DNA of 64,000 nucleotides from Ranitomeya imitator (Eukaryota), in assembly GCF_032444005.1 (NCBI RefSeq), contig NC_091289.1, positions 90,210,001 through 90,274,000 on the forward strand, given 5' to 3'. A model generated the notes under the pieces. That model worked only from the letters and a program-made list of their open reading frames with translations, was not told the origin of the DNA and searched no databases. Made by a program: the position numbers and the translations under genes. Position 1 is the first letter of the stretch; each line of letters begins with the position of its first letter. Shown here one piece after another: positions 1-13,638 of the stretch.

Positions 1-532
1 GGCGATCAAAAGAACGTATCTGCACCGAAATGCTATCATTAAAAACGTCATCTCGGCACGCAAAAAATAAGCCCTCAACCGACCCCAGATGATGAAAAAT
101 GGAGACGCTACGAGTATCGGAAAATGGCGCAATTTTTTTTTTTTTTTTTTTTAAGCAAAGTTTGGAATTTTTTTTCACCACTTAGATAAAAAATAACCTA
201 GTCATGTTTGGTGTCTATGAACTCGTAATGACCTGGAGAATCATAATGGCAGGTCAGTTTTAGCATTTAGTGAACCTAGCAAAAAAGCCAAACAAAAAAC
301 CAATGTGGGATTGCACTTTTTTTGCAATTTCACTGCACTTGGAATTTTTTTCCCGTTTTCTAGTACACGACATGCTAAAACCAATGATGTCGTTCAAAAG
401 TACAACTCGTCCCGCAAAAAATAAGCCCTCACATGGCCAAATTGACGGAAAAATAAAAAAGTTATGGCTCTGGGAAGGAGGGGAGCGAAAAATGAACACG
501 GAAAAACGAAAAATCCCCCGGTCATGAAGGGG
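1..532. mobile_element. Right end of a non-autonomous piggyBac-like (TTAA) element
   Basis: Ends ...GAAGGGG|TTAA (533-536). The body recurs at about 32740-33072, 34850-35306 and 53640-54215. Confidence 0.6.
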
Positions 533-536
533 TTAA

Positions 537-1090
537 AGGGACCAAAAGTAATTGGAGAATTTACCCCAAGACTAGTTCATGGACAGGTGTGGGCAATCCC
601 TTCGTTATGTCATTCTCAATTAATTAGATACATGGCCTGGAGTTTATTTGAGGTGTGGTGCTTGCATTTGGAAGGTTTTGCTGTGAAGTAAACATGCGGT
701 CAAAGGAGCTCTCCATTCAGGTGAAAAAAGCCATCCTTGAGCTGCGAAAACTGAAAAAACCCATCAGAGAAATTGCTACAATATTAGGAGTGGCAAAATC
801 TACAATTTGGTTCATCCTGAGAAAGAAAGAAAGCACTGGTGAACTCATCAATGCAAAAAGACCTGGGCACCCACGGAAGACAACAGTGGTGGATGACCGC
901 AGAATAATCTCCATGGTGAAGAGAAACCCCTTCACAACAGCCAACCAAGTGAACAGCACTCTCCAGGATGAAAACTGAAAGTCTGAACTTCAACTGCATC
1001 TGAATTGTTTTGTTTAAAATTCATTGTGGTAATGTCTATAACCAAAATTAGAAAAATGTTGTCTCTATCCAAATTTATATGGACCTACTG
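537..1090 (+). mobile_element. Internally deleted Tc1/mariner element (N-terminal HTH of transposase, 694-978)
   Basis: MRSKELS...GVAKSTIWFILRK...RPGHPRKTT is a paired-like Tc1 DNA-binding domain. Right TIR ends ...GGACCTACTG|TA. Confidence 0.8.
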
Positions 1091-2874
1091 TAACTGTACA
1101 CTTCTTATAAATATGGTATTGATGGTAGTCATCACTGGCTCCAGCGAGTCTGAGATTCCTTTTGAACAGACAAAGCCCCTGTACTTCTCTCCCTTTGAGT
1201 ATACAAATCCTAGTCTTGTTGGCTGGTTCTCATCAGGTTTCCTGGGGTAATTTGGGGATTTCCTAACAAACAGGCAACCCCCACATGTACTTAGGCTGGC
1301 TAGCAACTGCAAATCATGCAGCTACAGCGACAGAAACTAAATCTCCGAGCAGTCACAAATACTCGGAGACCACCCGAGCGTGCTCAGGAAATCACAAGTA
1401 ACGAGTATACTCGCTCATCACTAGTAATTACTTGTTCACGGCAAGAGGTGTTGCCTCAATGGAGGTTGAAGTGTCAGCTCTTTCTCACCTCCCTAGTTCT
1501 AATTAATCCCAGATGTTCAATATGATGGTGATATGTCCCCTTTCCAGAGATGTCTTTATGGATCTTAGTTTTTCTCTTCAACAACCATGAAAAATAAAGA
1601 ATAATTTAACAAAAAAGTGCAAATGGAAGCCTGGATCATGAAATAAAGTAAATGCCTAAAATAATTGTTTTAGAATAAAGGATCTTTGAAATTTACTTTT
1701 CTTTAAGAGTTATTCCCTAAACCTTTATTTAAACCCCGAGGAACCTTGGAATTAATTTTGTAAATCAATTCATCTCTTGTTAACATAACTATTGGAACCA
1801 GCCCTGTATGGTGCCATGAATATGTTTCCCAGGTGTACCAATAGAACTTCGTGTCACCATGTCAGCAACGACCTGACAGAAGTGCGCTGGTGAGCACAAC
1901 TGACTGCAGATCCTGTCATTACACTAATCTGACCAAAACTTCAGCCTTTTGTATATGTTCACACTGGGAGTTTTTGCAATGTTTTTTTTTTTTTTTAAAC
2001 AAATTTTCATCTGCTTTTTACAGTGCCAGCAAAGCCTGTGAGATTTCAGAAATCTCTTGCACACAGCTTGTTTTCTTGTCATCAGTATTTTCTGCTTTGT
2101 ATGTTTGTTTTTTTTTTTTGCACAATAGCACATGTCACTTCTTTTAGCTTTTTTTCAGGGTTTTTGACCCATTGAAATGAATGGGTGGTGAAAAAAACGC
2201 ACCAAAAATGGAGATATCAGGTTTTGCTGTGTTTGTGTCAAAACCCGATTCTGTAGAATAGGACTTTTTTCAACACTAAACAGCTTTTTTAGCACGCAAA
2301 TCCGCGAACCTTTATACACCTGCGGTTTGGCTGCGTATGTTACTGACTCAATGGAAGTTAGTGGGTGCTGAAATGCTGCAGATCTGCAAAAAGAATTGAC
2401 ATGCTGTGGAAAATAGGAAAATAAGTGTTATGGCTTTTGGAAGAAGGGTAAAAAAAAAGTGCAAAAATGAGCATTAGCTTTGACTGGATGGGGTTAAATT
2501 CACCTAATAACTTTGGGTTATGCAGAGAAACACATGTCTAAACCTTGTTTGTTAATGCAAAAGCTACATGCAGTCAAATGCATTTGGTTTGGACTACTGA
2601 AAACTGTGTGACAACTGCACTGTGTGGCTTTACCCTTACATGGGATGTAATTTGACTAATGGTTTAGAATCAGGCTTAGCTCGGCTTGCTGTGAATTTGT
2701 GATGGCCTCCCTCCACTTTTCTAGTTGAAGATTTGCAATGAGCAGGCAATTTACATGGGTATAGAAGGATTATTTTGATTATTACTGGTCATTTATCAAT
2801 CAACTATTTAATCACCAATTGTTGGTAGTTCTGATTGTATTTCACGGTAAACAATTCTGGTTTCTTTAATGCAG

Positions 2875-2994
2875 ACACTACAGGAATCTCAGCAACATCT
2901 GACGAATAAGCTGAACAGTGCTCATGAGCTAACAAGCAACCAAGAATGCGTATTGCAGAGCTTGAGGGATACCCTTCAGAGTAGAGACCATGAG
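2875..2994 (+). CDS. PDE4DIP: PDE4DIP/myomegalin coding exon (TLQESQQHLTNKLNSAHELTSNQECVLQSLRDTLQSRDHE)
   Basis: tttctttaatgcag| acceptor and |gtaggt donor; 120 nt, open, phase 0-0. Resembles the recalled human segment ILQEKLNEMSYELKCAQESSQKQDGTIQNLKETLKSRERE and joins in frame to the next exon. Confidence 0.85.
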
Positions 2995-3789
2995 GTAGGT
3001 CATCTGGTGAAAGTTCTGTAACAAAGCTGGCCATACACACTAGACGACTGTCAGCCACATGACCACCATCTCAGTCGACTGTCCCATACACAGGAGAGCT
3101 TGTTCGGCCGAGCGCCCCTGTCTTCTCTATGAGAATGTCGGCGACTGACATGTCGGATCAGGCTTATCTCAGGGAGAACAATGTGATGGGCAGTCTGAAA
3201 TCAGATCTGCACAATCGACATCTCTCCCAATTATTAGTCGACTGGCACTCCCATACTTAATAGACCAAGGGCTGAACCCATCGATATCAGCGAGTTCAGC
3301 CGACTTAAGTCTAATGAATATGGGGGTCTCAAGTGTCTTTTGTGTAGTCGAAATGTCCAATTACATTTATAACTCTTAGGATATGCAGCTATATAACCCA
3401 ATTTGCTGCACCAAGTCCTCTATGGCAGAGAGATATGTGTCTACTGTACCACCTATAGCCTTTTCTAATACTGAAGACTCAGGGCTTGTAGTCTTTAATT
3501 TGGCTAATCACATTTTATTGATCTACTAGCTGAAGAACCCGGCGTTAGTTATAGCACCTCACTTCTCTTATTTTCCCATCACGCCTCTCATTTTCCCAAT
3601 CACATCTTTCATTTTCCCCCTCATATCTCTCATTTTCTCCCTTACACCTCTCATTTTCTCCCTCACTCCTCTCATTCCCCCCTAACACTTGTCATTTCGA
3701 CCTCACATCTGTCATTTTCCGATCACTCCACTATTTTCCCTCACTCCTCTCATTTTGCACTCACAACTTTTCATTTTCACCTCAGTATA

Positions 3790-4310
3790 TACATGTTTGT
3801 CATCTCCCTTATATATAGTATACACCTGTCATCTCCTGTATATAGTATATACCTGTATGTCATCTCCCCTGTATATATAATATACCTGCTGTGTGTCATC
3901 TCCCCTGTATATAGTATATACCTGTATGTCATCTCCTTCTATATATAGTATATACCTGTATGTCATCTCCTCCTGTATATAGTATATACCTGTGTGTCAT
4001 CTCCCCTGTATATAGTATATATCTGTGTGTCATCTCCTCCTGTATATAGTATATACCTGTATGTCATCTTCTATATATAGCATATACCTGTATGTCATCT
4101 CCTCCTGTATATAGTATATACCTGTAGGTCATCTGCTCCTGTATATAGTATATACCTGTGTGTCATCTCCTCCTGTATATAGTATGTACCTGTAGGTCAT
4201 CTGCTCCTGTATATAGTATATACCTGTGTGTCATCTCTCCTGTATATAGTATATATCTGTGTGTCATCTCCCCTGTATATAGTATATACCTGTGTGTCAT
4301 CTCCTCCTGT
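3790..4310. repeat. ~35-bp minisatellite (TGTCATCTCCTCCTGTATATAGTATATACC) inside the Helitron
   Basis: Direct tandem copies visible. Confidence 0.9.
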
Positions 4311-5214
4311 ATTAGACCTCGTTTACACATTGTTTGCTCAGTATTTTTACCTCAGTATTTGTAAGCTAAATTGGCAGCCTGATAAATCCCCAGCCAACAG
4401 GAAGCCCTCCCCCTGGCAGTATATATTAGCTCACACATACACATAATAGACAGGTCATGTGACTGACAGCTGCCGTATTTCCTATATGGTACATTTGTTG
4501 CTCTTGTAGTTTGTATGCTTATTAATCAGATTTTTATTTTTGAAGGATAATACCAGACTTGTGTGTGTTTTAGGGCGAGTTTCGTTTGTCAAGTTGTGTG
4601 TGTTGAGTTGCGTGTGGCGACATGCATGTAGCGACTTTTGTGAGATGAGTTTTGTGTGGCAACATGCATGTAGCAACTTTTTGTGTGTCGAGTTGCATGT
4701 GACAGGTTAGTGTAGCAAGTTGTGTGCAGCAAGTTTTGCGCATGGCGAGTTTTGCGCATGGCGAGTTTTATGTGTGGTGCCTTTTGAGTATGTGCAAGTT
4801 GTGTGTGAGGCAACTTTTGCATGTGCTGCAACTTTTGTACATGTGGAAAATTTTCCACGTGTGCAAGTTTTGCGTGTGGCGAGTTTTCCATGAGGTGAGT
4901 TTTGCACTTGTGGCGAGTTTTGCGTGAGCCTAGTTTTTGCATGTGGCGAGTTTTGCGCGTGGCGAGTTTTGAGCGGCGTCTTTTGTGTTTCGACTTTTAT
5001 GTGGCGAGGTTGGTGTATGTGTGGTGAAATGTGTGCTGAGGGTAATATGTGTTCAAGCACGTGGTAGTGTGTGGCGCATTTTGTGTGTGTCCATATCCCC
5101 GTGTGTGGGGAGTATCCCATGTCGGGGCCCCACCTTAGCAACTGTACGGTATATACTCTTTGGCGCCATCGCTCTCATTCTTTAAGTCCCCCTTGTTCAC
5201 ATCTGGCAGCTGTC

Positions 5215-6050
5215 AATTTGCCTTCAACACTTTTCCTTTCACTTTTTCCCCATTATGTAGATAGGGGCAAAATTGTTTGGTGAATTGGAAAGCGTGGGGT
5301 TAAAATTTCACCTCACAACGTAGCCTATGACTCTCAGGGACCAGACGTGTGACTGTGCAAAATTTTGTGGCTGTGGCTGCGACGCATCCAACACTTTTCC
5401 TTTCACTTTTTTCCCCATTATGTAGATAGGGGCAAAATTATTTGGTGAATTGGAAAGCGTGGGGTTAAAATTTCACCTCACAACGTAGCCTATGACTCTC
5501 AGGGTCCAGACGTGTGACTGTGCAAAATTTTGTGGCTGTGGCTGCGACGCCTCCAACACTTTTCCTTTCACTTTTTTCCCCATTATGTAGATAGGGGCAA
5601 AATTATTTGGTGAATTGGAAAGTGTGGGGTTAAAATTTCACCTCACAACGTAGCCTATGACGCTCTCAGGGTCCAGACGTGTGACTGTGCAAAATTTTGT
5701 GGCTGTAGCAACGACGCCTCCAACACTTTTCCTTTCCCTTTTTTCCCCATTATGTAGAGAGGGGCAAAATTGTTTGGTGAATTGGAACGCGCGGGGTTAA
5801 AATTTCACCTCACAACGTAGCCTATGATGCTCTCGGGGTCCAGACGTGTGACTGTGCAAAATTTTGTGGCTGTAGCTACGACGCCTCCAACACTTTTCCT
5901 TTCCCTTTTTTCCCCATTATGTAGAGAGGGGCAAAATTGTTTGGTGAATTGGAACGCGCGGGGTTAAAATTTCGCCTCACAACATAGCCTATGACGCTCT
6001 CGGGGTCCAGACGTGTGACTGTGCAAAATTTTGTGGCTGTAGCTGCGACG
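5215..6050. repeat. ~180-bp tandem repeat (4-5 copies) inside the Helitron
   Basis: CCAACACTTTTCCTTTC...GTGACTGTGCAAAATTTTGTGGCTG recurs at roughly 180-bp spacing. Confidence 0.9.
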
Positions 6051-6069
6051 GTGCAGATGCCAATCCCGG

Positions 6070-6081
<12 letters not shown>

Positions 6082-6160
<79 letters not shown>
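6082..6160. repeat. (CA)n microsatellite
   Basis: Pure CA run next to the Helitron 5' end. Confidence 0.98.
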
Positions 6161-6161
<1 letters not shown>

Positions 6162-7737
6162 TCAGCTTTATATAGTAGATTGATTTACAAACTACAAAAT
6201 ACAAAATATGGTGCACTTAAAATCATCCATCATAGGGTGGCATGGTATTGGTAAGGATCAAACATGGGATAATGAATAAGACTTTTTTACACTTTATTAT
6301 GGTACACTGTATAACTATGCAGTACGCAGTAAAAAATATAGCAGTGTAGATATACATTTCTGGTATCAATATTAAGTGTATGCTACTCTTACTAGAAGCA
6401 TTAACTGCATATAATGCAGAAAGTGTAAAGCTATGTGCTGTGAGCCAGTAAGGGGAATCATATACAAGGGTCATTATGTGTCCCCCAGGATGCGCATACA
6501 AGCATACTAAACCTTCTGAAGTGTATTGTGATTACAGCCACGCCTGTGGTTATAATGCATAATAAATAAGAGGGTGTGGATTTGGTCAAACTATTTGATC
6601 AAGTCAAATGCTAAGAAAATCCGACATGGGCTTTTATTTTTGGAGAGATCTGCAGGATTGGTAGTGGGGCAGATCCCTCCCTTCACTCTGGGTTTTAGGA
6701 GGGGCTCATGTCCACAAAACCCATTTAAACACATTGAAATCTCTGTTTGTGTGCATGAGTCCAGTGGGCCGTCCTGCTAGTGATTGACAGCTCTCTCTGC
6801 ATATACAGTCATACAGGGAAGACTGTGTAACATTTGCGATCTAATGAGAGCAGATACATTTTCCTTTGAATGGCCGTAATGGACATTCGCCTGTCAATTT
6901 GGTCTTGGCCAGAAACAAGCATTACCCATTTCTAGGAAGTGGGGTTCCTTGGCGAAGTGTCCAGAAGACAGCTGGTTGTCAGTTAGTGTGGCTGAAATGC
7001 AGTAATGGAGCCCTACTCCTGCATATGGCGGTAAGGCAGACACATGGATGCACTCTAGTGGACCCTGTGTAGTGACAAAAGTGGGTCTCGGGCCTGCCTG
7101 CAGATGTGCAACCTGGACACTGAATGACAGATTCTGAAGTATTGGTGGTGCTGGCCTTTTCCTTCTCGATCTACTGAATAATTGGGTCAAGTTTATAAAG
7201 AGTTTCTGTATTTACTACCTTTTGCTTTACTTGTATCTGGAATTGATAATTTTTTTATCTTGTGTATTTCAAAAATTGTGCACAAATACCTTTTACAATA
7301 AAAGATTTCACTCCTCTGGTGCTGTACATGATATGTGTCACAAAGGTGCTTTCCTGCGTGATGTGAAAGCCATAAGTACTTTCTTCCTCATGATATATGC
7401 TGAGAGCAATATATGGCATTTATGCCTACCCACCATATCTCCACCTTCAGGGTGTGTCTGCAGGAAGTTAAATGTCCAGATAACTTTTTTTTCTTCTCGG
7501 TTAGTATGTGTGAGGAAAGGAAGCCTCCAGCCTACTAGCTTCTGTGAGAGTTGTCCTATGTGTTGTCCCAGAGGAACTGGGCAGGACTATACATGAACTG
7601 TGTTTTTCTGTTACCAGCTTGGTCACTCTTGTGCTAAGCCACTTCTTTGATGTTTCCCCCGTGTTTCTTGGTATATCTATTGCCTTGGAAATTTTTGTGA
7701 TTCCTGTATTGGGATGTAAAAGACATACTGATAGGGA

Positions 7738-7832
7738 TTCTAGATTGTGAGCCCCATCGGGGACAGTGATGATAATGTGTGCAAAACTGTAAAGCGCTGC
7801 GGAATATGTTAGCGCTATATAAAAAAATAAAG
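7738..7832 (+). mobile_element. L2 LINE (or L2-mobilised SINE) 3' end stub
   Basis: TAGATTGTGAGCCCC... followed by the AGCGCT-GCGGAATATGTT-AGCGCT stem-loop and an AATAAA tail; similar to the 3' end at 20190-20358. Confidence 0.65.
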
Positions 7833-8535
7833 ATGATGTAAGCGGTGTATGAACCATGGCTTTTACTGTAAAATGAAACACAGAAATAGGCATTAAATAT
7901 GGCATTAATCATAATTACTGTAAATGATGGCAGCTGTGTACTTATTACTATGTAACAGAACACACCCCCACTTATGAGAGCGTGTGAAGACTTATGCAAC
8001 CACTTTAGTTTTACTTGTATTTCGTATTTACTCCCCCAAAATGATTTTATTTTGACTCTTAAAGGTTTTCTACAGATTATGGGTGGCATTAAAGATGAAA
8101 AAGAACTGAAATGATTCTTCTTCCTATGATTTATTTGTCTTAACCTGTCAGAAACCTGGCATTGTAACAGGGATGTGTAGACTTTTTTTTATGTCCACTG
8201 CATCATTTATAGAGTCTTGGCAAAAAGTGTTGGGACCCTTAAAATTAATCCAGAATACGAAGTATTTCTCAGAAAATTATAGCAATTACATATAATTTGT
8301 TATACACATGTTCATTTCCCTTGTGTGCATTTTAACAATATAAAAAAAGCAAAAAAAAGGCAAATTAAACATAATTTCACACAAAATGCCAAAAATGGGC
8401 CAGTCAAAATTGTGGGGCAACAATGTTGTTTCAAGCATGTGATGCTCGTTTAAACTCACCTATGGCAAGTCACAGGTGTGGGCAATATAAAAATCACACC
8501 TGAAACCATATAAAAAAGGGGATAAGTTGACTTAA

Positions 8536-8863
8536 AGGGACTCTCACTTGAATTTGGAGGGAACAATTTTCAGCTATAGAGGCGGGGTTTTCGGGTGTTT
8601 GATTCACCCTTTCCTTACCCGCTGGCTGCATGCTGGCTGCAATATTGGATTGAAGTTCATTCTCTGTCCTCCGTAGTACATGCCTGCACAAGGTGCAATC
8701 TTGCCTTGCGCAGGCGTGTACTATGGAGGACAGAGAATTAACTTCAATCCAATATTGCAGCCAGCATGCAGCCAGCGGGTAAGGAAAGGGTGAATCAAAC
8801 ACCCGAAAACCCCGCCTCTATGGCTGAAAATTGTTCCCTCCAAATTCAGGTGACAGAGTCCCT
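8536..8863. mobile_element. T2/Kolobok-like foldback MITE
   Basis: TTAA|AGGGACTCT...AGAGTCCCT|TTAA; near-perfect palindrome over its whole length. Confidence 0.85.
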
Positions 8864-9511
8864 TTAATCTTTGCATATCTTGCCTGTGTGTGCCACACTA
8901 AGCATGGAGATCAGAAAGAGAACAAACTGTCTGAGGACTTGAGAACCAAAATTGTTAAAGAATATCAACAATCTCAAGGTAACAAGTCTGTCTCCAGAGA
9001 TCTTAATATTCCTTTGTTCACGGTACGCAACATAATCAAGAAGTTTATAACCCATGGCAGTGGAGCTACTCTCCCTGGACGGCAGAGAAAAATTGAAAAA
9101 TCAAATTTCAAAGAAACTCAAGCTGACCTGCAGGCTGAGTGTGCATCAGTGTCAGCCTGAATTATCCCTTGACATTTGAATGAAATGAAACACTGTAGCA
9201 GGAGGACCCCATTGCTGACACAGAGACCTATAAAAGCTAGACTGTAGTTTGCCAAAATCCTTCTGGGAAAGCGTTTTGTGGACAGATGAGACCAGGGGTG
9301 GATTAATGGTAGCCAGGGCCCCGGGCTGTTCAGACACTGTGGGCCCCCCCCCTGGTCATGTGACGGGGGTCATGTGACGGGGGTCATGATATACCTGAAT
9401 CAGATTATTCCAGAAAAATGGCCGGGCCCTACTCTACTGTAATCTATTAAATATTTGTTAAAATCTGCAATACAATTTAGGTATATTTTGACCAATAATA
9501 TCACATACAAG

Positions 9512-10538
9512 TGCAGCGCCCCAGAGTCCCGGTCGTTGCAGTAATGTCGCTCTGCCACTAAGGGGAGTGATGTTGCGTCTGATTGCACTAAAAGAGTTCA
9601 CCTGACCAGGTATCACAGTCACACATTACACTTCACACTCCGGCCACAAGGGGGAGCAAAAGGCACTATGTACTAGGTCACTCCTCACACGCTGGTAAAA
9701 CTGGGGGTTGGACAGGAAGTTAGGGAGAAAGTAGCCTGGGAGAGCTCCAGGGAGGACCTGTCGGAGGTGGGTTCCTGGCAGGAGCCTAGCAGAAAGGACC
9801 AATTGTTACGGGGCTGCGCCTGCACTACCTTGCGGCGGCATCTTAGGAAAGGACACAAAGCGAAGTATATTGTGGAGAAGTGAGAAACTGGATCAGAGTA
9901 GGAAGGAGATAGAACCAGAAGGAGTCGTGTCCCTAAGACCGCGGCAACATCCTTCTGAGGCGCGTAGCCGGTGGCCAGAGCACCGAGGAAGTAACAGACT
10001 CTACGCATTACTTCAAACAGCGGCAGGACAATTAGTTATAGTTTGGCTGTCCGACCTAAATGACCTGAACGGACAAAGGAGGCAATCATGGGAGAGGGGC
10101 GTCTCTAGGGTCCCAGAATAACTACAGGTCTACCTGTCATACGGGTGCGTCCTAGCCATATCATACTTGGGGACGGAGAGAAGAGAAAGAACGGATACGA
10201 CAGTTGTGAGGACTATCCCATGGTGCTCAGCAGGGAAGGAGTACAACACAGGCGCTAGAAGGTAGACACTGATTTTCACCTGCAAAGGGAACTCTGGATG
10301 TGCCTTCGGACCGGCCAGTCTCAGCCAGCCCTGTTAGCAGTGCTCTGGATTGCGGATCCCGAAGCCTTCAGTAAAAAGGTAAAGAGACTGCAACCCTGTG
10401 TCCTTTTTATTCCTCGCGTTCTGCACCACGCACTATCACCTTTTATTGGATGCCCCTTAGCAGGGTCACGGACCGGGTCTTGCCACCGTGACAACCCCGG
10501 ACCGAGTACCCCGCGGCCCTGCGTCTGGGGGCGCTCCA
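9512..10538. mobile_element. Solo LTR (Gypsy-like) inside the hAT element
   Basis: TGCAGCGCCCC...GGGGCGCTCCA termini (TG...CA with short inverted ends); 4-bp TSD CAAG; no coding core. Confidence 0.8.
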
Positions 10539-11439
10539 CAAGGAACAAATACCACCGCACCATGACCAGACCACAAATTACAACCACAGTGATCGAATAA
10601 TATCACATACAAGGATCAAATACCACCGCACCATGTCACGACCACATATTACCACCTCTTGGTGACCAAATAGCACATACAAGGGATAAATGCCACAACA
10701 CCATTTCCAGACCACATATTACCACCACATAGTGACTGAATACTACAATACTGATCAGTAATAAAAAAAAACAAAACACAATACTATCACCATAAGTGCC
10801 AGTATTCACAGGAGATCTGAATTTAGTATGCAGTGTCTGTGTAGAGGTAATACAGAGATCACTGGTGACATTGTACACAGGACCTCTGTATATAGTATAC
10901 AGTGTATAGTGTCAGTGTATAGGTAACACTGACTCACCAGTGACATCTCTAGGTGAAGTCCTTCATCTTTCTTTCATCCAGCACAGACCGCCATCATTTC
11001 TTCCAGCCAGGACTCGTTTCTGCAGGAAATAAGTTATCACAAGCTCTGCTTGCAGAACACATTACTTAATTTGTCACAACTTCTACATTACACCACATGA
11101 AGAAAAAAGGCGATCTAGTATCACTCTGCACAGTAACAGGACCGCTCCCCCATTTAAAACAGTATACTCAAAAAATAAAATAAATACATCACTGCAGTGA
11201 TAATATCCCTTAATTAGACCCTATGGTAATAATATTCCCCAACCCTGGCCCCGTTTATCTCATTCCTGGCTCCAGCCATATGTTCTCGCATCCTGCCCTC
11301 ATGAGTATCCATTCTACCCCATATGATCTCCACATCCTGCCCCATCTGTCTCCATCCTGCCCCATGATTCAATCCTGCCCTATGTCTTTCATTCTGCCAC
11401 GTGTCTCCAATCATGTCCCGTGTCTACATTCTGCCCATG

Positions 11440-12743
11440 CCTCCAGTCCTGCCCCCAGTGTGTCCAGCAATCTGCGCCAGTGTGTCCAGCATATTACCCC
11501 CAGTGTGTCCAGCATATTGCCCCAGTGTGTCCAGCATTGCCCCCAGACAGTGTGTCCAGCAATCTGCCCCAGTGTATCCAGCATTGCCTCCAGTGTCCAG
11601 CAATCTGCCTCAGTGTGTCCAGCATATTACCTCCAGTGTGTCCTCCAGCATTGCCCCAGTGTGTCCAGCAATCTGCCCCAGTGTGTCCTCCAGCATTGCC
11701 CCAGTGTGTCCAGCAATCTGCTCCAGTGTGTCCAGCAATCTTCCCCAGTGTCTCCAGCATTTCCCCAGTGTCTCCAGCATTGCCCCCAGTGTGTCCAGCA
11801 ATCTGCCCCAGTGTGTCCAGCAATCTGCCCCAGTGTCTCCAGCATTTCCCCAGTGTCTCCAGCATTGCCCCCAGTGTTTCCAGCAATCTGCCCCAGTATG
11901 TCCAGCATTGCCCCAGTGTCTCCAGCATTGCCCCCAGTGTGTCCAGCAATCTGCCCCAGTGTATCCAGCATTGGCCCCAGTGTGTCCAGAAATCTGCCTC
12001 AGTGTGTCCAGCAATCTGCCCCAGTGTGTCCTCCAGCAATCTGCCCCAGTGTGTCCTCCAGCATTGCCCCAGTGTCTCCAGCATTGCCCCCAGTGTGTCC
12101 AGCAATCTGCCTCAGTGTGTCCAGTATATTACCCCCCAGTGTGTCCAGCAATCTGCCTCAGTGTGTCCAGTATATTACCCCCAATGTGTCCAGCAATCTG
12201 CCCCAGTATGTCCAGCATTGCCCCAGTGTCTCCAGCAATCTTCCCCAGTGTCTCCAGCATTGCCCCAGTATCTCCAGCGTTGCCCCAGTGTCTCCAGCAT
12301 TGCCCCAGTGTCTCGAGCAATCTGCCCCAGTGTCTCCAGCATTGCCCCAGTGTCTCCAGCAATCTGCCCCAGTATGTCCAGCATTGCCCCCAGTGTGTTC
12401 AGCAATCTGCCCCAGTGTCTCCAGCATTGCCCCAGTGTCTACAACATTGCCTCAGTGTCTCCAGCAATCTGCCCCAGTGTCTCCAGCCTTGCCCCAGTGT
12501 CTCCAGCATTGCCCCAGTGTCTCCAGCATTGCCCCAGTGTCTCCAGCAATCTGCCCCAGTGTCTACAGCATTGCCCCAGTGTCTCCAGCATTGCCCCAGT
12601 GTCTACAGCATTGCCCCAGTGTCTCCAGCAATCTACCCCAGTGTCTCCAGCATTGCCCCAGTGTCTCCAGCAATCTACCCCAGTGTCTCCAGCATTGCCC
12701 CAGTGTCTCCAGCATTGCCCCAGTGTCTCCAGCAATCTGCCAC
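11440..12743. repeat. 20-22-bp minisatellite (CCCCAGTGTSTCCAGCA[ATCTG/TTG]) inside the hAT element
   Basis: Dozens of tandem copies; source of the spurious 450-500 aa ORFs in all three + frames. Confidence 0.95.
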
Positions 12744-12807
12744 AGATAATCCGCCCCTGGATGAGACCAAGGTAGAGCTTTTTTGTGAAGCACATCATTT
12801 TGTTTAA

Positions 12808-13638
12808 AGGTACCGTTACACTAAACGACTTACCAACGATCACGACCAGCGATACGACCTGGCCGTGATCGTTGGTAAGTCGTTGTGTGGTCTCTGGGGA
12901 GCTGTCACACAGACAGCTCTCTCCAGCGACCAACGATCAGGGGAACGACTTCGGCATCGTTGAAACTGTCTTCAACGATGCCAAAGTCCCCCTGCAGCAC
13001 CCGGGTAACCAGGGTAAACATCGGGTTACTAAGGGAAGGGCCGCGCTTAGTAACCCGATATTTACCCTGGTTACCATTGTAAAAGTAAAAAAAAAAACAC
13101 TACATACTTACATTCTGATGTCTGTCACGTCCCCCGCCATCGGCTTCCCACACTGATTGTGTCTCAGCACCGGCCGTAAAGCAGAGCACAGCGGTGACGT
13201 CACCGCTGTGCTCTGCGCGCTTTACGTCCGGCTGGCGCTGACAGTCAGTGCAGGGAAGCTGACGGCGGGGGACGTGTCAGACATCGGAATGTAGGTATGT
13301 AGTGTTTTTTTTTTTTTTTTTTACTTTTACAATGGTAACCAGGGTAAATATCGGATTACTAAGCGCGGCCCTGCGCTTAGTAACCCGATATTTACCCTGG
13401 TTACAAGTGAACACATCGCTGGATCGGCATCACACACACCAATCCAGCGATGACAGTGGGTGATCAGCGACCAAAAAAAGGTCCTGATCATTCCCCACGA
13501 CCAACGATCTCCCAGCAGGGGCCTGATCGTTGGTCGCTGTCACACACAACGATTTCGTTAACGATATCGTTGCTACGTCACAAAAAGCGTGACGTTGCAA
13601 CGATATCGTTAACGAAATCGTTATGTGTGAAGGTACCT
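12808..13638. mobile_element. MITE with nested inverted repeats (AGGTACC...GGTACCT)
   Basis: TAA duplicated on both sides (12805-12807, 13639-13641); internal inverted arms GGTAACCAGGGTAAA...TTTACCCTGGTTAC. Confidence 0.75.

Larger units (their letters stand above)
3526..6179 (-). mobile_element. Non-autonomous Helitron
   Basis: On the - strand it starts A|TCTACTATATAAAG and ends AACGCCGGG...CTAG|T, i.e. inserted between A and T with no TSD. The subterminal hairpin is only partly present. Confidence 0.75.
9293..12759. mobile_element. Non-autonomous hAT element inserted in the Tc1 transposase
   Basis: TIRs CAGGGGTGGATTA / TAATCCGCCCCTG; exact 8-bp TSD GATGAGAC (9285-9292, 12760-12767). Confidence 0.9.

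Noticed and set aside
1833-1890. Possible upstream PDE4DIP exon (tttcccag|G...TG|gtgagc; CTNRTSCHHVSNDLTEVR)
   Set aside because: Splice-like signals are present, but the phase is incompatible with the phase-0 exon at 2875 and similarity to the expected peptide is weak.
11223-12807. Three overlapping 450-508 aa Pro/Ser/Cys/Gln-rich ORFs
   Set aside because: They are translations of a stop-free 20-22-bp minisatellite inside a hAT element, open in all three frames, with no splice or homology support.
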